Origin: a bacterium
GTDB taxonomy: Bacteria; Bacteroidota; Ignavibacteria; Kapaibacteriales; Kapaibacteriaceae
Assembly: GCA_034440235.1 (NCBI GenBank)
Contig: JAWXBR010000011.1
Span: 64,787-128,786 of the forward strand
Reading direction: 5' to 3'
DNA: 64,000 bases
In this document: one piece after another, positions 56,801 through 64,000 of the stretch
Numbering within the stretch: position 1 is the first letter of the stretch
Layout: each line of letters opens with the position of its first letter
Notes under the pieces: model-generated
Database searches by the model: none
Seen by the model: only the letters and a program-made list of their open reading frames with translations
What the model was told of the DNA's origin: nothing
Position numbers and translations under genes: made by a program

Positions 56801-58271
56801 CGTAATTGTAGGGGGCTTGCTTCTGGCTACATTCCTAACGCTGTACGTCATCCCCACGGTGTATGTGCTCATGTCGAAGCTCAAGCGCAAGAAAACACAC
56901 ACCCACGAATCAGCGGCAACAACACCAGATCCTGGTACACCAGGTGTTTCAGATTCTGCAATCAGTCGTGCAATAATAATTTTAGTTACAATAGGTGCTT
57001 TGCTGTTCGCGCCTACTTCGAGTGCGCAAGAAATTCTCAGTATGGATGATGCCGTTGGCATATCGATACAGCGCAACTACAGCATCCGCACGGCACGGCT
57101 AGACTCTTCGTCCGCCGCTCTCATGCAGGGTTCGCAGTACGCTCCATTTCTGCCAACGCTCAACCTAAATGCAACGGGTGCCCGTGGAAGCAACGACCTC
57201 TCGCAAAAGACTGTGTCGGGTGTTAATACAGAGCGCACAGGCGTTGGCTTTACGAACTTTAATGCAAATGCAACGCTGTCATGGACCGTTTTCGATGGCC
57301 TGAGCATGTTCGCCGAGAGAGACAGAGTAAACAGTCAGTCGCGTGCCGAATACGAACGTGTCCGTAGCAGAATGTCCTTCACCGTCGCCGACGTCATCAG
57401 TTCCTACGGCGCAATCGTCGCTACTCGCAGATCTATCGAACGCGCAACCACCACGCTCGACATCGCAGAACGTCGGTTCCAAATTCTTTCGCGCAGTCGC
57501 GATGCGGGTGCTGTTGCCGGCACCGACGTGTCGCAAGCAGAGATCGACCGCAACACCATACAAGCAATGCTCGTGCGCTCGCGTACCGACCTTGCAACAA
57601 CGTCGACATCCCTTAACGCAATGCTCGGAAGACAGTCCAGGCAGCCCCTTGCCATAGACACTGCGTTCGTTGTTCCCTCATTGCCATTGCTCGATTCACT
57701 CGAACGTGCTGCAGATGCACGCAACCCCGAAGTGCTCGCTGCAGAGCGTGACATCGAAGTTGCATCGGCATCGGTCCGTATGGCAGATGCTGCCTACATG
57801 CCCCGCGTAGCACTTAATGGTCAGTACCAATACACCAACAACAACACCGACGCCGGCTTCATTCTCGAGAACCGCACAAACGGTTGGAATGTAGGCTTCA
57901 CCGGAACGTGGAATTTGTTTAACGGCTTTTCAGACAAGTATCGTTCAGACGTTGCACGCGTCGACCTCGAAAGCAAACGCCTAACACTCGACGACATGCG
58001 TCTGCAAACACGCGCACGGTTAAGTCAGGCATACGCACGTTACGAGCAAGGCATAACACTGCAAACCCTCGAACGTGCCTCATTTATAGCCGCACAACGC
58101 AACGCAGAGGTCGCGCTCGAGAAACTTCGTCTTGGCACCATCCGCGACATCGAAGTACGTCAGACCCAGCTCACATTATTCGAAATAGGGGAGCGCCTCG
58201 CGCGCATCGAATACGAAACCCTCGTCGCAGCCACAGAAGCCATGCGATTGAGCGGGGCATTAGTTAGGTAA
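53853..58271 (+). CDS. RND efflux permease (AcrB/HAE1-like, about aa 1-1030) continuing in-frame, without a stop, into a TolC-like outer-membrane factor domain of about 430 aa preceded by a Met-less signal-peptide-like segment
   Basis: AcrB N-terminus (MNLSTLTIHRPVLSIVLS...) with 12 TM helices and two porter domains. After ...LMSKLKRKKTHTHESAATTPDPGTPGVSDSAIS comes RAIIILVTIGALLFAPTSSAQE, then OMF-type helix/strand repeats to the end. Confidence 0.7.
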   Translation: MNLSTLTIHRPVLSIVLSTLIVLLGVVGYLFLGVRQFPNVDPPNISVTTTYPGANADVIESQITLVLEESINGIDGIRSLTSQSSDGRSTITVEFQLGEDLEAAANDVRDRVERSKRNLPPDVDPPVVAKADANSFIIVMTVQSDVRPLNALSDFAANVLKDRMQTIEGVGNIMIWGERKYAMRLVLDPSKLASYRLTTTDVRQSLQRENVDLPAGRLEGTSTELSVRTIGRMSSVEEFSNLILRSGAGSTVRVRDVARVYLGAENERTILKRDGVAMAGLAVTPQPGANQVDIADEFYRRYEALKQTAPKDITLDIAFDNTKFIRRAILEVEETLAIAFGLVVLIIFLFLRSWRATIIPVVAIPVSLISTFFFMWVCGFSINILTLLGIVLATGLVVDDAIVVMENIFRRIEEGESPMEAGEKGASEIYFAVISTTITLAVVFIPVIFLPGLTGRLFREFGVVVATSVLVSAFVSLTLTPMMSVKLLRHTEKQSWLMRVTEPFFVWMNSTYARTLSSLIKRPIIAVLAMVASIVLTIVIGSQLKSELAPLEDRSLLTINLTAPEGTGFNRMDVIIDTMQARVSRAVPEKALLLTVTSPSFQSNASNTGFGRLALVDPDQRTRTQTQIAQAIGKVMSTNTDVRTAIIPEQTVSTGGRAGQPVQFVIMASQLSELREVLPAFMDRAMKHSSLAMADVNLKFTKPELTVSIDRARARELGVSVLDIADAMQAGLAGQRYGFFVRAGKQYQVIGEFQRDLRNTPDRLRDLQVRSQDGSMISLGSLVTLKEQSTPPQLFRFNRSVAATVSAGLPPGKTIGDGVKAMQEIAAETLPSHYTTALTGPARDFSESSSSLVYAFLIALAFVYLILAAQFESFVDPFTIMFTVPLALAGGVLSLWIGGETLNIFSEIGAIVLIGLVTKNGILIVEFANQRREAGLSVVDAALDSASTRFRPILMTSLAMILGALPIALSLGAASGSRVGLGVVIVGGLLLATFLTLYVIPTVYVLMSKLKRKKTHTHESAATTPDPGTPGVSDSAISRAIIILVTIGALLFAPTSSAQEILSMDDAVGISIQRNYSIRTARLDSSSAALMQGSQYAPFLPTLNLNATGARGSNDLSQKTVSGVNTERTGVGFTNFNANATLSWTVFDGLSMFAERDRVNSQSRAEYERVRSRMSFTVADVISSYGAIVATRRSIERATTTLDIAERRFQILSRSRDAGAVAGTDVSQAEIDRNTIQAMLVRSRTDLATTSTSLNAMLGRQSRQPLAIDTAFVVPSLPLLDSLERAADARNPEVLAAERDIEVASASVRMADAAYMPRVALNGQYQYTNNNTDAGFILENRTNGWNVGFTGTWNLFNGFSDKYRSDVARVDLESKRLTLDDMRLQTRARLSQAYARYEQGITLQTLERASFIAAQRNAEVALEKLRLGTIRDIEVRQTQLTLFEIGERLARIEYETLVAATEAMRLSGALVR

Positions 58272-58395
58272 TGTCACTCGACCGCTGAGTTATGACAGCA
58301 AGATTAATCCTGGTCACAACGGCCACGTTCTGTCTCTATGAAACATGATGCAGCGCTTCGGAGTTGTCGGTCTTTCCTAAAAACGATTGACCGAT

Positions 58396-59247
58396 ATGAA
58401 ATGGTTAGGCAGGCGCGGCAGTTCAAACGTTGACGACCGCAGAGGTCTGTCGGGTGGCGGCCTAGCGGCTGGTGGAGGTGTCGTAGGTGTGATTGTGTAC
58501 CTGCTGTTCAGTCTACTTGGCGGAGGAGATATTGATCCTTCGCAGCTTCCCAACCTTACACAGCAAAGTCAGGTTCAACTTTCGCCCGCGGAAAAAGCGG
58601 AAGATGACAAACGGGCGGAATTTGTGAAGGTGGTGCTGGCGGAGACAGAAGATGTTTGGAAAGCAATCTTCTCACAGAATGGGCAGCGTTATGAAGAGCC
58701 CGTACTTGTGTTGTATCGCGAGAGCGTTCGGTCGGGGTGTGGTGGTGCGAGTTCGGCAACGGGACCCTTCTATTGCCCCTTAGATCATAAACTTTACATA
58801 GATCTGTCGTTTTATCAGGAACTACAAGATAAGTACAGGGCACCGGGAGATTTTGCGATGGCGTATGTCGTTGCACACGAGGTCGGACACCATGTGCAGC
58901 AACTTCTGGGCACTGCGGAAAAGGTCCAGCGGATGCGCCAACAAGTCTCAGAAAAAGAGTATAATCGTTACTCAGTAATGCTCGAACTTCAGGCGGACTT
59001 CTTCGCCGGCCTGTGGGCGCATCACACGCAGAAGCGCACACAAATTCTCGAGCCGGGCGATGTCGAAGAAGCGCTGAACGCAGCCAGTGCCATCGGTGAT
59101 GACAGGTTGCAGCGTCAGTCAACAGGCAGAGTAACGCCCGATGCCTTTACACACGGCACTTCAGCACAACGCATGTACTGGTTCAAACGCGGATGGGAAA
59201 CCGGAGACGTGAAGCAGGGAGATACGTTCAAGTCTGCCAATCTTTGA
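58396..59247 (+). CDS. Neutral zinc metallopeptidase family protein (YpfJ-like)
   Basis: The N-terminus MKWLGRRGSSNVDDRRG is the canonical YpfJ start. HEVGHHVQ zinc-binding motif. A single TM helix. Confidence 0.75.
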   Translation: MKWLGRRGSSNVDDRRGLSGGGLAAGGGVVGVIVYLLFSLLGGGDIDPSQLPNLTQQSQVQLSPAEKAEDDKRAEFVKVVLAETEDVWKAIFSQNGQRYEEPVLVLYRESVRSGCGGASSATGPFYCPLDHKLYIDLSFYQELQDKYRAPGDFAMAYVVAHEVGHHVQQLLGTAEKVQRMRQQVSEKEYNRYSVMLELQADFFAGLWAHHTQKRTQILEPGDVEEALNAASAIGDDRLQRQSTGRVTPDAFTHGTSAQRMYWFKRGWETGDVKQGDTFKSANL

Positions 59248-59312
59248 AGCTCGAAGTGTCTCGAATGCACGAAGCTTCCTGTATGCTTAAAGCGTTCCGT
59301 ACGCTCAACGCA

Positions 59313-59720
59313 CTATTCAAAAAACTGCTCCAGCTCTGGATCGTTCATCAACTCTGTAAACGTTTTTATACCAGTCGGCTTTTCGATGTATCGTGCGACC
59401 ATGGGATAGGTGTGCGATTTTTTTACATCAGCAGCATCGATCGATGACGAAATAATAACGACACGCACATTGCTAAACATTTGGATGCACTTAAGGCAAT
59501 CGAGAAATTCCCATCCGTTCATGATGGGCATATTCAAATCGAGTAGTACTAGGATGTTGCGCGTAGGATTATCGCGAAGGAGATGACGAAGCGCATCACG
59601 CCCGTTAACAACCTTCGTTATGAGTGCATGTGAGCCCGTAATCTGCAGAAAGCGTTCACACACCATCAAACAAATCTCATCGTCGTCGACAAGCAAGATT
59701 TCGTAATCTGTTGTACCCAT
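59313..59720 (-). CDS. Single-domain response regulator (CheY-like receiver)
   Basis: ILLVDDDE ... conserved Asp (LLDLNMP) and Lys motifs. 135 aa. Confidence 0.8.
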   Translation of the reverse strand: MGTTDYEILLVDDDEICLMVCERFLQITGSHALITKVVNGRDALRHLLRDNPTRNILVLLDLNMPIMNGWEFLDCLKCIQMFSNVRVVIISSSIDAADVKKSHTYPMVARYIEKPTGIKTFTELMNDPELEQFFE

Positions 59721-59724
59721 AATC

Positions 59725-60777
59725 CTAACCTAAGGATTTGTCCACACAGTTCTTATGTCCGTCGGTAATCTCGTTTGTGCGCTCTACAATAGTACGAATG
59801 ACGGCATCGAGTTCAATTCCCGATGCTGTCAGTTCCTGCATATAGACCATGTCAGGATACTGCGTGGGATATTCTGCGCCAATGAGTTCAACAAGGGTCA
59901 TCATGCGCGCAAGAGGAGCGCGGACAACGTGCGACTGCATCCATGTGATGTCGCGCAGCGCCTGGTTCTGTCTCTCTACTGTGTCGATGTACTTCGTACG
60001 CTCGGTGATGTCAGTTGCAGCAATGAGCGCACAGGGCTCTTTATTAAAGACAATCTGTCTCGCTCGAGCCTCCACAACCATGATCGTACCGTCTTTTCGA
60101 GTGTGACGATAGATACCATCGAGTGGTACGTCTCCGAGTGCCTTCATTTTTGCAATGGCATTCTCAAGGACAGATAATTCTTCCGGACGTCTAATGTCCC
60201 TAGCCGTCAGTGCAAGAAATTCTTCACGACTATAGCCATAGGTGTCAAGAGCAGCTTGGTTCACGTCGACCATGCGCAGGCTGTCTAGTTCACTTACCCA
60301 CATCGGAATCGGGCTAAAGTCGAACATATCCTGGTATTGCTTTCGCGACTTCTCAAGTCGATCAAGAGATTTCACGCTGTCTGTGATGTCGTGTACCACG
60401 CCATACACTCCGACCGGTTTGCCAGTGCTATCAAACTCAAAGTTCGTGAGACAATGAACATGCCGAATCGTGCCGTCTTTTCGCAAAACTCTGTGCCGAA
60501 AATCAGCGTCAGCCATCGTTGCATTTGCAGCAGCAACCTCTTCAAGAACACAGTCTAGATCGTCTGGATGTATAAATGACTTCCAGAATTCGAACGTATG
60601 CTGGTCATCTTCGATGTTTAGGCCGTAAATGCGGCACGTTTCATCCGACCAGTGAGCTAACCCCGTAGCAAAATTTAGTTCCCAGTTTCCAAAGTGGGCA
60701 AGGGCTTGCGCCTGATTATGCCTATGGGCAAAATTCTCAAGTGAACGTACTTCGTACGCTGGCGTACTGTGAAGCAT
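59725..60777 (-). CDS. PAS-domain sensor protein with a histidine-kinase DHp-like segment but no obvious HATPase_c domain
   Basis: Two PAS-like modules plus a C-terminal ...SHVVRAPLARM... resembling an H-box. About 350 aa, too short for a catalytic domain. Confidence 0.55.
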   Translation of the reverse strand: MLHSTPAYEVRSLENFAHRHNQAQALAHFGNWELNFATGLAHWSDETCRIYGLNIEDDQHTFEFWKSFIHPDDLDCVLEEVAAANATMADADFRHRVLRKDGTIRHVHCLTNFEFDSTGKPVGVYGVVHDITDSVKSLDRLEKSRKQYQDMFDFSPIPMWVSELDSLRMVDVNQAALDTYGYSREEFLALTARDIRRPEELSVLENAIAKMKALGDVPLDGIYRHTRKDGTIMVVEARARQIVFNKEPCALIAATDITERTKYIDTVERQNQALRDITWMQSHVVRAPLARMMTLVELIGAEYPTQYPDMVYMQELTASGIELDAVIRTIVERTNEITDGHKNCVDKSLG

Positions 60778-60935
60778 GGTGTTCCTTCTGCGTAGAATCT
60801 ACCTCAGAATTGCGTTTGGGTACTGACGTACCATTGTCAGCGTCCAATATACATCCTGGTGTGTCAGGTGGTACGCAAGCCGTCAACTGGGAACAAACTC
60901 CGATGTTCCTGATAGGTTCCTTATGCAAAGGGGCG

Positions 60936-60954
60936 CCGCGCTAATGGCGCGGCA
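60936..60954 (-). terminator. GC-rich hairpin (GCCGCGC-TAATG-GCGCGGC) downstream of CDS 60979-62880. Putative terminator.
   Basis: A perfect 7-bp inverted repeat. Only a weak U-tract follows. Confidence 0.35.
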
Positions 60955-60978
60955 AGGGGGATATGATGGCAGTCTAGG

Positions 60979-62880
60979 CTACCACACCACACTGGTTGAA
61001 TCACCCAACTTCAAAACGTATAAACCCTCAGCAATAAACGGCAGCGGTATGGTGAGTGTTAATGACCCCGACACGTCCGCCGCATACACCCGGCGTCCGA
61101 GCATATCAAACAACTCAACGGTCTGTGTTTGTTTGATCATCGACTTGTCGATCGCAATGTTGAGTGTCTGCTTATCACGATCGATGTACGCTGAGATGGT
61201 GGATGAATGATTATTGTTTGCAGTTGCATCTCCCGAATTCGCGTCGTCGGCGTTTGCATCTCCCGAATTCGCGTCGTCGGCGACATCTGTCGGACCTGCC
61301 AGGAGGTCTTGCACGGCGTGCATTTTGTAGTTGCGGTAGGGTTTGGTGTAATCGTCGGTTAGGCCCCAGCAGCCGTAGCGATTATAGCCGGAGACGAGGG
61401 TGAAGTACATGGCGAGGCCACCGTCGAGGGCTTGCCAGCCTTCGCGGTAGTTGTATGTGACGACGTCGCGCATGCGCTCTGTGCGGTGCGATGAAATCTG
61501 GGCCGAGAGGTTGGCGTTGAGTCCGAACGGGACGTGTGCGCCCCCTTCGTACGAAGTACAGCCCCCTACGAGATTCCACTGTTTTGCTTTGTTGGTGTGG
61601 TTGCGCCGATAGGTCGATAGCGATGTATTTGTTAGCTGCGCAGTAATGTCTTCAATCATGCCTTCGTTAATCTGTAACGGGTCTGGGTTGTCGGCCCGCG
61701 TAGAGCCGTGGTAGAGGGCCGTGCTTGTTGCGTAGATGAAGTTGCGGGGCAAACCAAATACGCGGTCTATGTAACGAAGGTGATTATCACTTCTTCCATG
61801 ATATGCATGTTGTCCGGCCAGAACAACACGAATACGTTTATTAACTGCGTTTGCACCAAACACCATTCCGAACCACTGCGACAGTTGCACCGTGCGATGT
61901 GCGTATTGTTCGTCGAACGTTATGCCGCGGGCGGCAGAGGCGGCGGCGTTGTAGGGTCCGTGTGTTAGCTGCGTCGGACTCCATACTTCGTTGCTGTTTT
62001 CGACATAAATGTTAATTGACGGGTCTAGCGAATCCTGCAGCATTCTCGCGAGACTCGTTACATAACCCGAGTCGCACGACATGTGAATGTTAATCCAGAT
62101 GTCCTTCTTCAGAATGTTTGCAAGCTCTACAATGATGTCCCAGCTCCACCCTTCGCCTCGACCTTGAAGGCTGGCCAGTGGCACTTGCGAAGCGGACGCT
62201 CTGGTCTTGCGCATCGACCACTGCATCACTGTCGGGTACGTTGGCTCGCCGCTCCAGATGTTCTGCACATTGTAATATCTGTAACACGTAAAGTCAGCGG
62301 CCTTGCATAGAGCGAGGTAAGCGTCGGTAAACGTCTGCGTGGCAAATCGGTCGTAACCCGGACGATGTACAACCAAATTGGTAATACCCGAGTTTGCAGC
62401 ACCAGCGGGAAGTGCCTTCGTATTCGAGAATTGCAAAAACACGAGGCCGTGATTTGCACTGTTCGCAGCACCAACAACAAGGTCGAACGTAGAAATATTC
62501 GAGACTGCGTTGTACTGCATGTTTTCGACCGAAACAGCAGTGCCCGTTGCGACCACATCTGCACTACCGGTGAAGTGCGCCAGATATCGTCCGCTGTAAT
62601 CGACCCGGTACACTTCTGGGTCGTCGATCGTCTGCGTCCATTCCGTCGCGGGACGTCCGTCGAACAGCACAAGCGAAAAGTCGCTCTGCGGCCAGCCATT
62701 GGCATCAAACGACGTCGCACCCGAATACCTGTTTGTGTGCTTTACCACATCCACAAACGCACCCTGTGCGTCTAGATTCACTCCGAGATTGACAGGGGGC
62801 TGCGCAAGCGCAGAAGGGGCAACTGACAGCACGAAGAGGACGATGGCTACTATGCGAACTGACTTCATACATAACTCCAA
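60979..62880 (-). CDS. Secreted protein with T9SS C-terminal sorting domain and a tandem-repeat linker. Possibly a TIM-barrel glycoside-hydrolase-like enzyme.
   Basis: Signal peptide (...VAPSALAQ). Linker DDANSGDANADDANSGDATANNN. CTD ...VELFDMLGRRVYAADVSGSLTLTIPLPFIAEGLYVLKLGDSTSVVW. An ENSNEVW motif is reminiscent of a GH catalytic NE(P) motif. This last point is speculative. Confidence 0.55.
   Translation of the reverse strand: MELCMKSVRIVAIVLFVLSVAPSALAQPPVNLGVNLDAQGAFVDVVKHTNRYSGATSFDANGWPQSDFSLVLFDGRPATEWTQTIDDPEVYRVDYSGRYLAHFTGSADVVATGTAVSVENMQYNAVSNISTFDLVVGAANSANHGLVFLQFSNTKALPAGAANSGITNLVVHRPGYDRFATQTFTDAYLALCKAADFTCYRYYNVQNIWSGEPTYPTVMQWSMRKTRASASQVPLASLQGRGEGWSWDIIVELANILKKDIWINIHMSCDSGYVTSLARMLQDSLDPSINIYVENSNEVWSPTQLTHGPYNAAASAARGITFDEQYAHRTVQLSQWFGMVFGANAVNKRIRVVLAGQHAYHGRSDNHLRYIDRVFGLPRNFIYATSTALYHGSTRADNPDPLQINEGMIEDITAQLTNTSLSTYRRNHTNKAKQWNLVGGCTSYEGGAHVPFGLNANLSAQISSHRTERMRDVVTYNYREGWQALDGGLAMYFTLVSGYNRYGCWGLTDDYTKPYRNYKMHAVQDLLAGPTDVADDANSGDANADDANSGDATANNNHSSTISAYIDRDKQTLNIAIDKSMIKQTQTVELFDMLGRRVYAADVSGSLTLTIPLPFIAEGLYVLKLGDSTSVVW
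61216..61275. repeat. 30-bp in-frame tandem repeat x2 (GCATCTCCCGAATTCGCGTCGTCGGCG..)
   Basis: Seen in the sequence, inside the linker of CDS 60979-62880. Confidence 0.85.
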
Positions 62881-63020
62881 TCTTCGGTTAATGCGTCAAA
62901 TTATGAACCCATGGCACACCAAAACAGAACGCACAAATCGAATCTTCTCGCGGCACCATCGCGAGTAGGATTGTTATACTTTCGCATTGCGTTCGTACCC
63001 ACCTCCACGCGTATCTGATT

Positions 63021-63365
63021 ATGGCTTACAACGAAGACCTTGCACAGCGCATTCGCAAGCGGCTGCTCGACCTACCCAACATCGAAGAGAAACGTATGAT
63101 GGGTGGACTCACTTTTATGTACAACGACAAAATGTGTGTTGGTGTGCTCAAGGATGAGTTGATGTGTCGCATCGACCCAGAGAAGCACGACGAATCAATC
63201 GCACGCACCGGTTGCCGCACTATGGACTTCACAAAACGTCCGATGCCCGGTTATGTGCTCATCGAAGACACAGGCATGAAGAGCGACAAAGATTTCAACT
63301 ATTGGATTGAACTCGCAATCAGCTTCAACGCTAGGGCGAAGTCGTCGAAGAAGAAGAAAGCGTAG
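63021..63365 (+). CDS. TfoX/Sxy N-terminal domain protein
   Basis: RMMGGLTFMYNDKMCVGVLKDELMCRID matches the TfoX_N core (MFGG..F..NGKMF..V.DDEL..R.D). 114 aa. Confidence 0.6.
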   Translation: MAYNEDLAQRIRKRLLDLPNIEEKRMMGGLTFMYNDKMCVGVLKDELMCRIDPEKHDESIARTGCRTMDFTKRPMPGYVLIEDTGMKSDKDFNYWIELAISFNARAKSSKKKKA

Positions 63366-63378
63366 GGAACCAATAAGA

Positions 63379-63918
63379 GTGTACGCCTTTGACTTCACAA
63401 TCGTAGAGCACTTAAGTGCCGAGCATGTGTTGAGAATCGCTCAGCTCAACCACACTTCATTCGTCAAAGCACACGCCCATGTGTTATCTGACGAAGCTCT
63501 TTCAAAGTGTACTGTAGCGGCATTCGAGGAAGGATGGAGCAAATACCCAAATCCAAAAGCCAAATACGGATTTGCTTACAATGATCAAGATGAGCTGTTG
63601 GGCTTTGCTGTCGTATCGCAATGCAGACACGCTGGACTCGAATCGTATGGGGAGCTTCGATCGCTCTACGTACACCCGTCACACCAGCGCAAGGGGATAG
63701 GTAATGCGCTGCTGAAGTGGTCGATGGATGCAATGCGAGCTACGGCAAATGGACGCATGTACGTTGTCGTCGTCGCTGCTAATGCTTCGCGTGAATTCTA
63801 CATAAGGACGGGCGCCGTCCCGGTTACAGCACTCAAGCGAGATGTCTTTGGCGACATGCTGGATATGGACGTTCTATGCTATGAGTCTAGGGAATTGTTA
63901 GTCATTGCTGAACCTTGA
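63379..63918 (+). CDS. GNAT family N-acetyltransferase. A GTG start is proposed.
   Basis: Acetyl-CoA binding motif A (VHPSHQRKGIGNALLKW). The ORF track ATG at 63307 overlaps the TfoX gene by 59 nt, so the GTG at 63379 gives a typical GNAT length. Confidence 0.65.
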   Translation: MYAFDFTIVEHLSAEHVLRIAQLNHTSFVKAHAHVLSDEALSKCTVAAFEEGWSKYPNPKAKYGFAYNDQDELLGFAVVSQCRHAGLESYGELRSLYVHPSHQRKGIGNALLKWSMDAMRATANGRMYVVVVAANASREFYIRTGAVPVTALKRDVFGDMLDMDVLCYESRELLVIAEP

Positions 63919-64000
63919 TCATTGGCCAGGACCGGACTGCTTGTCCTTGATCGAACACAAGTAGGTATATACCGGCGGGTTCCGTTGACAACGATGTGTG

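Noticed and set aside
58272-58395. Alternative start for the zinc metallopeptidase at 58387 (MTDMKWLG...)
   Set aside because: The internal ATG at 58396 gives the N-terminus MKWLGRRG..., which matches the conserved YpfJ-family start. The upstream ATG is possible but adds only three residues.
1-64000. tRNA or rRNA genes, or small ncRNAs, in intergenic gaps
   Set aside because: The intergenic gaps are short, mostly under 210 bp, with a single 340-bp exception at 39934-40273. No cloverleaf-compatible GGTTCGAATCC-type T-arm with matching acceptor stem, and no rRNA-like conserved stretches, were recognised. I cannot rule out small regulatory RNAs without covariance-model searches.
1-64000. Insertion sequences or integrative elements
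   Set aside because: No transposase, integrase or recombinase ORFs, and no terminal inverted repeats flanking any gene block. The DUF4143 AAA+ ATPase is often a mobile-context protein, but here it sits alone.

Overview
This 64-kb window looks chromosomal, about 50-52% GC, from a bacterium that uses the type IX secretion system (Bacteroidota/FCB-group-like). Roughly 56 protein-coding genes are dense on both strands. No rRNA, tRNA, CRISPR array, transposase or integrase was found. Housekeeping genes (gcvP, typA, recR, ftsB, feoAB, mgtE, dinB, pspA, a ROK kinase, two RidA proteins, an aldehyde dehydrogenase) alternate with an unusually rich cell-surface and export repertoire. There are seven intact proteins plus one frameshifted remnant carrying T9SS C-terminal sorting domains. 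These include a 1597-aa multi-Ig adhesin and a tandem trio of small Cys-rich paralogs. There are two paralogous beta-barrel proteins with dual OmpA domains. A MacAB-TolC-like tripartite ABC exporter operon is headed by typA and two secreted proteins. An RND pump has its permease fused in-frame to its outer-membrane factor. One operon encodes a Sec-secreted Hcp-like protein, a phage tail-collar (MdpB-like) protein and a small T9SS cargo. A tail-fibre-like protein sits elsewhere. Two adjacent gene pairs that are normally separate (TypA plus a secreted domain, and an AcrB-like permease plus a TolC-like factor) are joined in-frame by Met-less internal signal peptides. There are many in-frame tandem minisatellites of 15-30 bp inside coding regions. 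A 165-bp array of five sigma54-like -24/-12 motifs lies upstream of an AAA+ ATPase gene. An 18-19 bp palindrome is shared by the feoAB promoter and the next gene. A triplicated translation-start region creates two 6-codon upstream ORFs. The most likely novel system is the secreted Hcp-like/tail-collar/T9SS operon. The Met-less signal-peptide fusions are the next most unusual feature.
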